Assembly: GCA_024643755.1 (NCBI GenBank)
Contig: JAHEMG010000001.1
Span: 6,812 to 70,811, forward strand
DNA: 64,000 nt
Source of the DNA: Flavobacteriales bacterium
GTDB lineage: Bacteria > Bacteroidota > Bacteroidia > NS11-12g > UBA955
Direction: 5' to 3'
Shown: positions 18,198-27,586 of the stretch, piece by piece
Layout of the letters: the number at the start of each line of letters is the position of its first letter
How positions within the stretch are numbered: position 1 is the stretch's first letter
Made by a program: the position numbers and the translations under genes
The notes under the pieces: generated by a model
The model's database searches: none
What the model saw: only the letters and a program-made list of their open reading frames with translations
Told to the model about the DNA's origin: nothing

Positions 18198-18818
18198 TTA
18201 AACGATTACAACCGGTTTACACTGCATGAGTCCGGGTACCAAGTAGATTTTCCCAGATTGTAATTCGGTGCAACGAAAGCGGGTGCGCATTTTTTCAAGT
18301 TTTGTGAATCGACGGCCATCTTGGGTTTCGAAAGTTAAGCCGGTGGGAATTTCTTCTACCAACACCCATTCTGAGTTTTCATCGTAAAGCCGGAGGGTTC
18401 TTACCAATTGGGCATCTGTGCAACTGCTGGCTTTGGGGTTTTTGAGGTATCGATTGAGGGCGAGGTGGACATCGTTCGGCAGCAAATTTTGTTGGATGAT
18501 GGGCTGACTTACGAGTTGGAATTCGCGTTTCCATTCTGAGCCGTGGGGTGGTACGCGGGGACCTGCATTTTCAAAGTTGAGCAAATGGGCCACCTCGTGC
18601 ATGAAGGTGATCAGAAAAGCAAACGGATTCAGGTCGCGGTTGATTGAAATGCGATGGCTGTTTTCGTTGGTTGGCGGACGGTAATCGCCCAGTTTCGTAA
18701 GGCGAGGATTTTTGATGCGAAGCTGAATTTTGTGCTTCTCCATCAAATTGGCGGCGTATAACTCACTGCCTTTGGGCAGGTATTTGCTGAGTACCGGTAT
18801 GAGTTGCTCTTTGTTCAA
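18198..18818 (-). CDS. SprT-like zinc-metalloprotease domain protein
   Basis: 206 aa with HEVAHLL (HExxH) in a SprT-like context. Confidence 0.55.
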   Translation of the reverse strand: MNKEQLIPVLSKYLPKGSELYAANLMEKHKIQLRIKNPRLTKLGDYRPPTNENSHRISINRDLNPFAFLITFMHEVAHLLNFENAGPRVPPHGSEWKREFQLVSQPIIQQNLLPNDVHLALNRYLKNPKASSCTDAQLVRTLRLYDENSEWVLVEEIPTGLTFETQDGRRFTKLEKMRTRFRCTELQSGKIYLVPGLMQCKPVVIV

Positions 18819-18828
18819 GCCCAGGCAG

Positions 18829-20031
18829 TTATGCGAGTTTTTTCAAGGCGCGTTCGGCAACCTCTAAGCCAATCGACAAGGAGCTTGTTGCGGCCGGACT
18901 GGGGGCGTTGAGCACGTGAATGAATGACGTTGATTCTTGGATGTAAAAATCATCAATCAGTCCACCGTCTTTATCACAAGCTTGTGCTCTTACACCGGCA
19001 CCTGCAGGGATGAGGTCGTCTTCTTGGATGGCCGGCACCAACTGTTGCAGTGCTTTTACAAAGGCTGGTTTGAAGTAAGAGCGATGGTATTCGCCCAGTC
19101 CTGTTTTCCAATATTTGCTGGCCACTTTTCTGAAGCCACTGAAGGAAATACTCTCCCAGAATTCACTCCATTTGAAATCGGTTTTTTTGTACCCTTCGCG
19201 TTGGAAAGCAAATACGGCATTGGGACCTGCTTCAATTTCACCTGAAATTCTGCGGGTAAAGTGCACACCCAAAAACGGGAAGTTGGGGTCTGGTACGGGG
19301 TAGATGAGGTTTTTAACGAGGTGGGCTTTTTCTGGCTTGATGGCATAATACTCACCCCGAAAAGGAATGATTTGCATATTGAGTTTCTCGCCGGCCATAG
19401 CCGCCACTTTATCGCAGTACAGTCCGGCGCAATTGATGACCATATTGGCCTCGTATCGCTCGGTTTGGGTGTGGATTACTGCGCCGTGATTGCCAGGAAC
19501 AATGGCTTCAATTTTTACCGAAGTGAGAATTTGTCCGTTCGGATGATTTTGGATTTTCTCAGCCAATTTTGCAGCCACTGCTTTGTAGTCAACAATGCCC
19601 GTTTGGGGCACGAAAACGCCTTTGATGCCGCTGCAATGGGGTTCGTATTGTTGGATTTCTGCCTGACTCAGAAAGCGCAGTCCAGATAGGCCGTTTTGAA
19701 TGCCTCGCTGATAAAGGGCTTCCAGTCCGGCAATTTCTTCTGGCTTGATGGCCACAATGATTTTGCCACAGAGGTCATAATCTATGTTTTCTGCTTTGCA
19801 GAAATCGAGCAGCATATCATACCCGCGCAAGCAATTTTGGGCTTTGAGACTGCCGGGTTTGTAGTAGATTCCTGAGTGAATGACGCCGCTGTTGTTCCCT
19901 GTTTGGTGCTTGGCAACGCCATCTTCTTTTTCCAGAATGGTGACTTTGAGGTTTTCATTCAATTTGAGTAGTTGGTAGCCTGTTGATAAGCCAACTATTC
20001 CCCCGCCGATGATCAATACGTCTGTTTTCAT
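18829..20031 (-). CDS. FAD-dependent oxidoreductase, L-2-hydroxyglutarate oxidase (LhgO)-like
   Basis: Start at MKTDVLIIGGGIVGLSTG (Rossmann FAD motif). NSGVIHSGIYY block typical of the LhgO/DAO family. Confidence 0.65.
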   Translation of the reverse strand: MKTDVLIIGGGIVGLSTGYQLLKLNENLKVTILEKEDGVAKHQTGNNSGVIHSGIYYKPGSLKAQNCLRGYDMLLDFCKAENIDYDLCGKIIVAIKPEEIAGLEALYQRGIQNGLSGLRFLSQAEIQQYEPHCSGIKGVFVPQTGIVDYKAVAAKLAEKIQNHPNGQILTSVKIEAIVPGNHGAVIHTQTERYEANMVINCAGLYCDKVAAMAGEKLNMQIIPFRGEYYAIKPEKAHLVKNLIYPVPDPNFPFLGVHFTRRISGEIEAGPNAVFAFQREGYKKTDFKWSEFWESISFSGFRKVASKYWKTGLGEYHRSYFKPAFVKALQQLVPAIQEDDLIPAGAGVRAQACDKDGGLIDDFYIQESTSFIHVLNAPSPAATSSLSIGLEVAERALKKLA

Positions 20032-20048
20032 GAATCGATGATACAAAG

Positions 20049-21356
20049 TTAAGCGGTATGGTCGAGGAATGAAATGGATAATAATTCACGACCAATGGCG
20101 CAGTGAAGACATTGTTTTTGTGCACAATAGTGCTGGTGTTGGGCGATGATGGATTGGCTGGTTTTGGCCGATGTGTTTTCGAATGCCAAACCAGAAAGTA
20201 AGCGGGTAGTTCGATGGTCTTCCGGGGGCATCTGTTCCAATAAATCCATCGCGATTTGATAGAGGTGGGGCTTATGTGCCTCGAGGGAAAAGGCGAACAG
20301 AAAGGGGATGAGTCCGTTGGTGATTACTTGTAAGGCATGAAGCTGTCCGTTGGTTGCCGAGTGCTTGGTGCTGGGTTTGTTGACTTGATAGTGGGTTTGC
20401 CAATAAATGGGGGGTGTTGCAGTGAAAAAATGAATCCATTGGTTTAGTTGGGTGAATGGCGGACTGAATAGCTCGTCGAGGCCCCCTTGTCCGTTATGGA
20501 GCCATTGCGCCCATTGGGCCATGCGGATTTGTGGGAAAGCACTGGGTCTGAGTTGTCGGGTGTTCCAAGGCAAGTTGCTGGGCGTAAAATTGTGTTTGAG
20601 TTGTAAATATTGGTATCGGTCTATAAGGTCTGCAAGAAAATCATCCGGGTGCTCATGGTCGATATGCGGGGTGGTTGGGTTGATTGATAGCCATCCTGAT
20701 TGTCCAAACCAATACGCGGTCATGGTTAGCGGATTTCGGTTTCGCATGAGGAAGGACTTATGGAGGTTGTGGATGAGGGTTTGCGAGGCCGGTTGGTTTG
20801 CTTTGCCCATCCAGGCAATGAGCATCATTTCCAAGGCGGTAAACCACCAATCGCCATTGTGTTTTTTATGTGATCGCAGCACAGCTTCGGTTTTTTCATG
20901 GACGCGTTTTGTGAGGGCGATGTTGAGTTGGGTGGATTTTGTGTTGGGGTGGCCCAGGGATAGCAGGGGCTGACAGGGCAGTGAAAAGGGTGAAGTTTGA
21001 TTCAGGAGTTCGGGGGTGCGAATGCGGTGTTTGAGCTCTAGGCATTCGAGGGGCTGTCCGTTTTCAAGGAAACAGGCTTTATTGTTGTTGAGTACAACAT
21101 GTAAAATGGTTTGATTGAATCGAGGGTCTGTGTGGTGTTTATGGGCATACCATTCATTGGCATTGTTGTGGATTTCAATGGCGCCATGGAGAATCAGGTT
21201 GTTGATTTGAATTTCGGCATGAAGGAAATCGGGACCATCTTGATGGTTCCATTCGCCGCGGTGCACGATAGTGAGCGATTTGCCTGTTGCGGTGGTTAGG
21301 TTTTGGGGATAGAAGGCTTGTTGAGCCCAAACGGTTTGCAGTCCAATCTCTTTCAC
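20049..21356 (-). CDS. Conserved hypothetical protein, DUF2851-like, His-rich with C-terminal CxxxxCxxC
   Basis: 435 aa with no catalytic motif I can assign. Histidine clusters (HKHH, HIDHEH) and C-terminal HYCAQKQCLHCAIG. Family assignment is from memory only. Confidence 0.35.
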   Translation of the reverse strand: MKEIGLQTVWAQQAFYPQNLTTATGKSLTIVHRGEWNHQDGPDFLHAEIQINNLILHGAIEIHNNANEWYAHKHHTDPRFNQTILHVVLNNNKACFLENGQPLECLELKHRIRTPELLNQTSPFSLPCQPLLSLGHPNTKSTQLNIALTKRVHEKTEAVLRSHKKHNGDWWFTALEMMLIAWMGKANQPASQTLIHNLHKSFLMRNRNPLTMTAYWFGQSGWLSINPTTPHIDHEHPDDFLADLIDRYQYLQLKHNFTPSNLPWNTRQLRPSAFPQIRMAQWAQWLHNGQGGLDELFSPPFTQLNQWIHFFTATPPIYWQTHYQVNKPSTKHSATNGQLHALQVITNGLIPFLFAFSLEAHKPHLYQIAMDLLEQMPPEDHRTTRLLSGLAFENTSAKTSQSIIAQHQHYCAQKQCLHCAIGRELLSISFLDHTA

Positions 21357-21481
21357 AATGCAAAGGTGAGATGCGCTGTAAGGATTGCAAAATAGGGGCT
21401 ATTGGATTGGCGATTTTTGCCATTCTTTTCTCGCGCTTAGTAAAAATCGCAAAGAGAATCCGTTTTTCAGGGTGGATGCGT

Positions 21482-21489
21482 TAATTTTG
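21482..21489 (+). promoter_or_regulatory. Putative -7 promoter element TAATTTTG upstream of the GT2 gene
   Basis: Exact TAnnTTTG match 12 nt upstream of ATG 21501. Confidence 0.35.
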
Positions 21490-21500
21490 TCCGTTCAGTC

Positions 21501-22304
21501 ATGAAAATCAACAAGCTGTCTATTGTCATTCCCGCCTTTAATGAGGCAAGAACCATTCACCACATTTTGAATAAGGTGGCTGCGGTAGCGTTAATCGAAG
21601 GCATTCAAAAAGAAATCATCGTGGTGAACGATTGTAGTTCGGATGATACAGCGAGTGTGTTGGAAGCCTATGCAAAGGAGCATCCTGAAATGGGTTTGCA
21701 ACTGTTCAATCATCCGGTGAACAAGGGCAAAGGCGCAGCATTGCATACAGGTATTGAAAAGGCCACCGGCGAGGTTTTGGTGATCCAAGATGCTGATTTG
21801 GAATATGATCCCAATGAATTCAATGTACTATTGAAGCCCATCACCGACGGATTTGCGGATGTGGTGTACGGCAGTCGATTCATGGGAGGCAAACCCCATC
21901 GAATTTTGTTTTTCTGGCATAGTATCGGGAATAAGTTTTTGACTTTCTTGAGCAATATGTTGACGAATTTGAATCTGACCGACATGGAAACGTGTTACAA
22001 GATGTTTAGAACGGATATGGTTCAGTCGTTGCAATTGCAAGAAAAGCGTTTTGGTTTTGAGCCAGAAGTAACCGCTAAAATTGCACGGATTCCAAAAGTG
22101 AGAATTTATGAGGTGGGGATTAGTTATTACGGAAGGACGTTCGAGGAAGGCAAGAAGATTGGCTGGAAGGATGGTTTTAGGGCAATTTATTGCATATTGA
22201 AATACAACCACAAAAAGGCATTGCGTTATGTATTGATGATGATGTTGTTCGGTGCTGTTTGTTTGGGAGTGTATGGTGGGTTGATAGCTTTAGCCCTAAT
22301 GTAA
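21501..22304 (+). CDS. Family 2 glycosyltransferase, polyprenol-phosphate sugar synthase type (DPM1/ArnC/GtrB-like) with C-terminal TM helix
   Basis: [28 protein letters not shown] motifs (GT-A DxD). C-terminal hydrophobic helix. Confidence 0.8.
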   Translation: MKINKLSIVIPAFNEARTIHHILNKVAAVALIEGIQKEIIVVNDCSSDDTASVLEAYAKEHPEMGLQLFNHPVNKGKGAALHTGIEKATGEVLVIQDADLEYDPNEFNVLLKPITDGFADVVYGSRFMGGKPHRILFFWHSIGNKFLTFLSNMLTNLNLTDMETCYKMFRTDMVQSLQLQEKRFGFEPEVTAKIARIPKVRIYEVGISYYGRTFEEGKKIGWKDGFRAIYCILKYNHKKALRYVLMMMLFGAVCLGVYGGLIALALM

Positions 22305-22326
22305 TTTCCTGAAAAAAACTGCGTTC

Positions 22327-23895
22327 ATGAAAGCGATACTGCAAAAATACCAATGGATACTGGTGCTGTTGGTTGCAGTAATAGGGGGTGTTTTGTGCAT
22401 GGATTTGGGTCATGAATGGGGCGATGATTTTGCTTTGTACTTAGACCAAGCACGTTGTTGGGTGAATGGTGGTATGGTTGATTTGTATGCAACGAACAAA
22501 GTTTGCATGGATGAATCGGATGGATTGGTGGGACCTTATCTATATCCACAGGGTTTTCCTTTGTTTTTGAGTTTTTTCATTCGCTTGTTTTCTTTGATAG
22601 GCATTCAAGGATTGTGGATGATTATGGCATTGAAATGGGCCAATTATATCGTTTTTTTATTGGTGTTGGTAGTGTATTTACGCCTGTTGAATGTGTTGTT
22701 TGAGGGTCGTTGGGGACATATATTTTTGGCTTTTGTATTGATTGCTTGGCATCCAAAGTTTTGGGAGGCGGCAGATCGGATTACTTCCGATTTGTGGTTT
22801 ACGGGTCTGGTGATTTTGTTTTTTTATGCGTTGTTGGTGCCGTTTAAAGGATGGTTTTCCCGGGCATTGACCCTATCGTTGTTGGTGTTGGTGGCTACGG
22901 CAACCCGCAGTAATGGGGTGTTTTTGTTGGCCGCTTGGGTGGTGTTTGAGTGGTTGGCTTGGCGCAAGGAGGGGTTGAAAGATGTACGTGTTGTTTCAAT
23001 CGTGATGGGGACAACCGCTGCCTTGTTTGCTTTGTATGCCGATGCGGGTAATGGGTCGAACCACTGGCAGTTGTTAAAGGATATAGAATTCAAAACGATT
23101 TGGACAAATTTGGGGACCTATATAACCATGGCAGGCAGTGCTCCATTTTGGCATGTGGCCACTGCTTTGAAGTTATTTGCTCAACCGCTTTTATGGTTGG
23201 GGGTTTTGTTGGTTTGGGTCTTGGTGTTTATTGGGGCGGTGAAGGGCGGAAGGATGTCGTGGGTGATGGTGGTGTTTGTGGGTTTGAACTTTGTCTTGTA
23301 CGTGGTTTGGCCATCGGTACAAGGGATGCGTTTTTTGTTTCCATTGCTTCCATTTATTATGGTGTTTTTGGTGCGTGGATTGGCCCATGCATGGCAAGTA
23401 GTGATTTTGCCGCAGTTTGATAAAGTGAAATTTCTGCCGCAACGGATCAAGTCTGCCCAGTTTTGGGTCATTGCGGGTGCCGGATTCATGCTGTTACAAG
23501 GTGCTATGACTTCCGTATTTTATTTGGGTTTGGATACCAATTTGGCTTATTCCAAGGAGATGATGGGGGTTTATGGTTTTGTAGAGCAGCAGGTTCAAAC
23601 CGCAAAAAGGGTGTCGTTTCACAAGCCACGCTTAATGCGCTATGCAACTGGGGTAGAGGCCTTTAAAACCGCTACAAATTTTGGTGTTGCTTCACCATCG
23701 GATGAGGCAGAGAATCAAATGACACTGGAACAAGCCATGCACAAACTTAAATCGAACCGCATTGATTATTGGATATTGAGCAAGTCGCAACTCGTTCGGA
23801 CAGCCCTGCCAGCGTTGCCAGTGGCTTATGAGAATGAAGGATATGTGGTGTATGATGTTTCGCAGCCGTTGCCGTTGAATACTAAATCCAGGTAG
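22327..23895 (+). CDS. Polytopic membrane protein, putative GT-C fold glycosyltransferase (ArnT/PMT-like)
   Basis: 522 aa with more than 10 predicted TM helices. Acidic GDDFALY motif in the first periplasmic loop. Immediately downstream of the polyprenol-P-sugar synthase-like GT2. Confidence 0.4.
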   Translation: MKAILQKYQWILVLLVAVIGGVLCMDLGHEWGDDFALYLDQARCWVNGGMVDLYATNKVCMDESDGLVGPYLYPQGFPLFLSFFIRLFSLIGIQGLWMIMALKWANYIVFLLVLVVYLRLLNVLFEGRWGHIFLAFVLIAWHPKFWEAADRITSDLWFTGLVILFFYALLVPFKGWFSRALTLSLLVLVATATRSNGVFLLAAWVVFEWLAWRKEGLKDVRVVSIVMGTTAALFALYADAGNGSNHWQLLKDIEFKTIWTNLGTYITMAGSAPFWHVATALKLFAQPLLWLGVLLVWVLVFIGAVKGGRMSWVMVVFVGLNFVLYVVWPSVQGMRFLFPLLPFIMVFLVRGLAHAWQVVILPQFDKVKFLPQRIKSAQFWVIAGAGFMLLQGAMTSVFYLGLDTNLAYSKEMMGVYGFVEQQVQTAKRVSFHKPRLMRYATGVEAFKTATNFGVASPSDEAENQMTLEQAMHKLKSNRIDYWILSKSQLVRTALPALPVAYENEGYVVYDVSQPLPLNTKSR

Positions 23896-23901
23896 TAGGC
23901 A

Positions 23902-25266
23902 TTAACGGGTAGGGTCTAGCGGATTGAGTTGCTGAAATAAGTTGGCCATATCGCTCACGGGTATTGTTTTGATTTTCCCCTGATTGCCCACCAAAATCAA
24001 TGTATTGTTGTGCCAAGTGCATGCATTGAAGCCGCGTTCTTGTGAGAGTGCTAGCCAATTTTTCCCGCCATCAAAAGAGATGTCGGTTCCGTTGGTGCCT
24101 GTGCAGAAAGCCATCGTCAAGAATTTGGCGTGGTGGGTTTTGAAGAAATAATTGCTGGGTAATTCTCCTACTGCGGTATAAAAGGTGTTGCAGTGGTTTT
24201 GGATATCGCGAAAAAATAGGTTAAAGATGTATTCTTTGTGATATGCTTGACTGAAACAGACGCCACTGCGGTAGCCATTGGGGGGAGTTTGGGGTGCCTG
24301 CCATTGGTTGAGGATGTCGTTGGAGTAAGCGGCAATCGCACCAGAAGAATCGCCCCGAAAATCGGGTGATGCGTAGTTTCCTCCTACGGCGATGCCATGC
24401 TGATATTGGTGTATTGAGAGTCCGTAACAGCCCCATGCAGGTCCACCTTTGAGGGTCATTGGTAGGGTGGGTAGCGATTTGAATTTCCAAGCTGAAGGTT
24501 GATCCGTTTGGGGTTCTTGGGCTGCTGATTTTTTTGGGGTGTAACCGATTTGCAACAAGTGGAATTGTGGATTGAGTCCACCGCCGGCGAAACCCACGGT
24601 GAGCGCGTACTGTTGTTTTTTATGGTTGGCTTTGGAGAGGATAATGGAAAGGGAGGTGCCACTGGCGGCGAAGAAAGATTCCAGGGTGTCGAGGGGTACG
24701 GACCATTCAGCATCAGGGATGTTGATCCAGGAGTTTCCGAAATCTGTGGTAAGTAGGGCTTTGAAGTGTTTTTGGGATTGCGGATTTTGTGAAAGGGGGT
24801 CGCCGAGGACTATACCTACTCCCGTTTTTGGGTCGATTTCGATTACATCCAAAAAGATGCCGGGTGTTTCGTCGTGGTAAACTGTTTTCCATGAGTTTCC
24901 GCCATCGGTGGTCTTGATGATGACGGCGCTGTCGCTAATACTCATAGCAACGGCGGTGTGCTGGTCGATCGCCCAAATGTCGCGAAAGTCTTTGGTTGGG
25001 TATTGGGTTTTGCAGGTATCGTACCGAACAGTGAAGCTATCCACAAACTTGCCTCTGAGGATGGTGCCTTTGGTGCCGCTAATCCAGAGGGTATGGTCTG
25101 GGGTGGCGATTAATCCACGGTAGTGAGGCGGCTTAATGGGGAGGGGAGAAGCTGCTTTTAGGGAGGGTGTGAGGTGATTGGCAAAAAGGAGCGCGATTGC
25201 TGCGATTGTGATAAAAAGCCGATTGTGCTTATTGAATCTTTGGGGAATTGCTTGTAAAAGGTGCAT
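23902..25266 (-). CDS. BNR/Asp-box repeat protein (Ycf48/sortilin-like beta-propeller), secreted
   Basis: Signal peptide. Repeated S-x-D-x-G-x-x-W-like boxes (TTDGGNSW, TTDFGNSW, SFDGGKNW). Confidence 0.5.
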   Translation of the reverse strand: MHLLQAIPQRFNKHNRLFITIAAIALLFANHLTPSLKAASPLPIKPPHYRGLIATPDHTLWISGTKGTILRGKFVDSFTVRYDTCKTQYPTKDFRDIWAIDQHTAVAMSISDSAVIIKTTDGGNSWKTVYHDETPGIFLDVIEIDPKTGVGIVLGDPLSQNPQSQKHFKALLTTDFGNSWINIPDAEWSVPLDTLESFFAASGTSLSIILSKANHKKQQYALTVGFAGGGLNPQFHLLQIGYTPKKSAAQEPQTDQPSAWKFKSLPTLPMTLKGGPAWGCYGLSIHQYQHGIAVGGNYASPDFRGDSSGAIAAYSNDILNQWQAPQTPPNGYRSGVCFSQAYHKEYIFNLFFRDIQNHCNTFYTAVGELPSNYFFKTHHAKFLTMAFCTGTNGTDISFDGGKNWLALSQERGFNACTWHNNTLILVGNQGKIKTIPVSDMANLFQQLNPLDPTR

Positions 25267-25346
25267 AAATGAATCGTTAAGAGACGTTTAAGTGCTTGAT
25301 AATATGGAAACTATTCATGAGATTCGGGGTAAAATTACAACAGCCT

Positions 25347-26141
25347 ATGGAAGAAACCCTTACAAAAATTTTATTTACATCAGACAGTACCCAACATCTA
25401 AAAACACTTGGCGATGCAATGATTTCGGTAGCTCGCCGGTTCAAAGGAGATTTGCTGTGGTTAGAGACCGCGGAAAATGCTGAACTCACGAACGCCCTTG
25501 TGGATGATCTCAAGAAGCGTACGTACCGAGATTTGACAATCGTAAAGAAATCGGGTGAATTTTGGTCGGTAGCGGCGAAAACAGCCAAGGAGCATCAGGT
25601 GGAAATGACCGTGATTGTAGCGGCATCGAAGTCGGGCAGTATGCTTGGCGGTGGAATGAGTGGCTGCATCGCCAAATTTGAATCACCGGTGATTTACTTG
25701 AATGGACAAGCAAAGTGGGTGGATCCGAAGAACATTTTGATGTTGTTGGATTCTACGTCGGAGTCGCGTCAGAAATTCTATCGCGTTTCCAAACTCGCCA
25801 AGGCTTATTTCGCGAAAGTGCATGTTTTCGCATTGTCTAACAAGAAAGATCACGAGACTTTGCGTTATCTGAATGCGTATTCTTCTCAGGCCTTCGAATA
25901 CATGGTAAAACATGGGGTTACGGTGGTGGAGTTGGATGTGGCGGCAGGTGTAGACATGAAGGAAGCGATTTTTTCAACGATGTCAACATTGAATGATTGT
26001 TGGGTGGCCAGTATGAATGAAACCGATGGTTCGGGATTCATGAAGACGAGTCCGTTTCAGCACTTGTGCAACGATTTGCAGGGGCCGTTGATGGCTTGTG
26101 CGGTGCAGGAAGTGGTGGGTATGGGCGGTTCTGGTTATTGA
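25347..26141 (+). CDS. Universal stress protein (UspA) family, tandem-domain type
   Basis: Start at MEETLTKILFTSD. Usp-like Rossmann blocks. Confidence 0.5.
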   Translation: MEETLTKILFTSDSTQHLKTLGDAMISVARRFKGDLLWLETAENAELTNALVDDLKKRTYRDLTIVKKSGEFWSVAAKTAKEHQVEMTVIVAASKSGSMLGGGMSGCIAKFESPVIYLNGQAKWVDPKNILMLLDSTSESRQKFYRVSKLAKAYFAKVHVFALSNKKDHETLRYLNAYSSQAFEYMVKHGVTVVELDVAAGVDMKEAIFSTMSTLNDCWVASMNETDGSGFMKTSPFQHLCNDLQGPLMACAVQEVVGMGGSGY

Positions 26142-26160
26142 GCTGTTGATGTATTAAACA

Positions 26161-26196
26161 CGAGAAGGGGGGGCGCCGTTGGCGCCCCCCTTCTTG
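26161..26196 (+). terminator. GC-rich stem-loop, probable terminator after usp
   Basis: About 16-bp GC-rich inverted repeat (gagaaggggggggcgcc / ggcgccccccttcttg) with a 3-nt loop. Followed by tgttt, a weak U tract. Confidence 0.45.
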
Positions 26197-26279
26197 TGTT
26201 TACAGGGGTTGTCTATTTTTTCATCGCTGTGGAATACTTGTTTTACAGTTTTGGGCGGATATGGCGAAATTGCAACATT

Positions 26280-27068
26280 ATGACGGTATCGGTTAAAACC
26301 ATGGCGGATTACATGGCGGCAGGTGAAACGCCCGAGATTTTGTTTTGGGTGGGATGTGCAGGCAGCTACGACGAACGCGCGCAGCGCGTGAGTCGGGCAT
26401 TCTCGAATATACTGGGACATGCCGGTGTGAAATTTGCCATTTTGGGCATGGAAGAAGGTTGTACTGGCGATCCTGCAAAGCGCGCTGGCAATGAGTTCTT
26501 ATTCCAAATGCAGGCGATGCAAAACATCGAAGTGATGAATGGGTACGGCGTGAAACGCATTGTAACCGCATGCCCACACTGTTTTAATACGTTAAAAAAT
26601 GAGTATCCATCATTGGGTGGCAACTACGAAGTGGTACACCATACCCAGTTAATCAATGAACTCCTAAATGACGGTCGTTTGGCTATCGAGGGTGGTGCAT
26701 TCAAAGGGAAGAAAATTACCTACCACGACAGTTGTTATTTGGGTCGTGCCAATGGTATTTACGAGGCCCCCAGAATGGTGATGGAAAGACTGGATATTGA
26801 TTTGGTGGAAATGAAGCGATGCAAAACCACAGGATTTTGTTGTGGTGCTGGTGGAGCTCAAATGTTCAAAGAGGCCGAGAAAGGCAATCAAGAGGTCAAT
26901 GTGAATCGCACGGAAGAGGCCCTAGAGACCGGTGCGGAAATCATCGCCGTGAACTGTCCTTTCTGCAACACCATGATGCGCGACGGTACCAAGCATTTTG
27001 AGAAAGAAGACCAAGTGTCTGTTTTGGATATCGCGGAAATTGTGAATGATTCGCTTAATCCTTCATGA
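26280..27068 (+). CDS. (Fe-S)-binding protein with two cysteine-rich CCG domains (LutA/GlpC/HdrD-C-terminal-like)
   Basis: Cys clusters WVGCAGSYD, TACPHCFNTL, HDSCYLGRANG, GFCCGAGGAQMF, VNCPFCNTMM. Confidence 0.7.
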   Translation: MTVSVKTMADYMAAGETPEILFWVGCAGSYDERAQRVSRAFSNILGHAGVKFAILGMEEGCTGDPAKRAGNEFLFQMQAMQNIEVMNGYGVKRIVTACPHCFNTLKNEYPSLGGNYEVVHHTQLINELLNDGRLAIEGGAFKGKKITYHDSCYLGRANGIYEAPRMVMERLDIDLVEMKRCKTTGFCCGAGGAQMFKEAEKGNQEVNVNRTEEALETGAEIIAVNCPFCNTMMRDGTKHFEKEDQVSVLDIAEIVNDSLNPS

Positions 27069-27586
27069 TGTCAATGGATCCCCAACGCGAACTATTGCCA
27101 TCGATGCCTGATGCCTGCAGGGTATGGGTGTTTGCAGCGCAGCGGTGGTTAACAGCCGAAGAATCAGCTTCTTTGCGCAGCGAAATGACGGCTTTCGTGT
27201 CTGGTTGGCAAGCCCACGGGAAGGATTTGTTGGCAGGATTTGACCTGTTGTTTGACTGTGTTCTGGTGGTGGCTGTGGATGAAACGAAGGAGCCCCCCTC
27301 GGGTTGCAGCATTGATAAAGTGTTTCATTTGCTGAAAATGCAAAACGAAAAATGGCAGTTGGATTTTTTTCAACGAACCTTGATTTGGGCTTGGGTAGGC
27401 AAGGAACTTTGTATCTATGATTATCCATCCTTGTTGAAGGCGTTGAAGGAAGGTGAAGTGAAAATGAATACGCCCGTTTTGAACACACTACCTGTGACAT
27501 TGGGCGACTTTAGAAACAAACGATTTATGTCATTGAGCGATAGTTGGGTAGCCAAAAAATTACACAGAGATTTACAAAATACATGA
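27065..27586 (+). CDS. Conserved hypothetical protein (173 aa) translationally coupled between the Fe-S protein and MFS genes
   Basis: The ATGA start/stop overlap at 27065-27068 gives one tightly coupled junction. No recognisable motif. Confidence 0.45.
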   Translation: MMSMDPQRELLPSMPDACRVWVFAAQRWLTAEESASLRSEMTAFVSGWQAHGKDLLAGFDLLFDCVLVVAVDETKEPPSGCSIDKVFHLLKMQNEKWQLDFFQRTLIWAWVGKELCIYDYPSLLKALKEGEVKMNTPVLNTLPVTLGDFRNKRFMSLSDSWVAKKLHRDLQNT

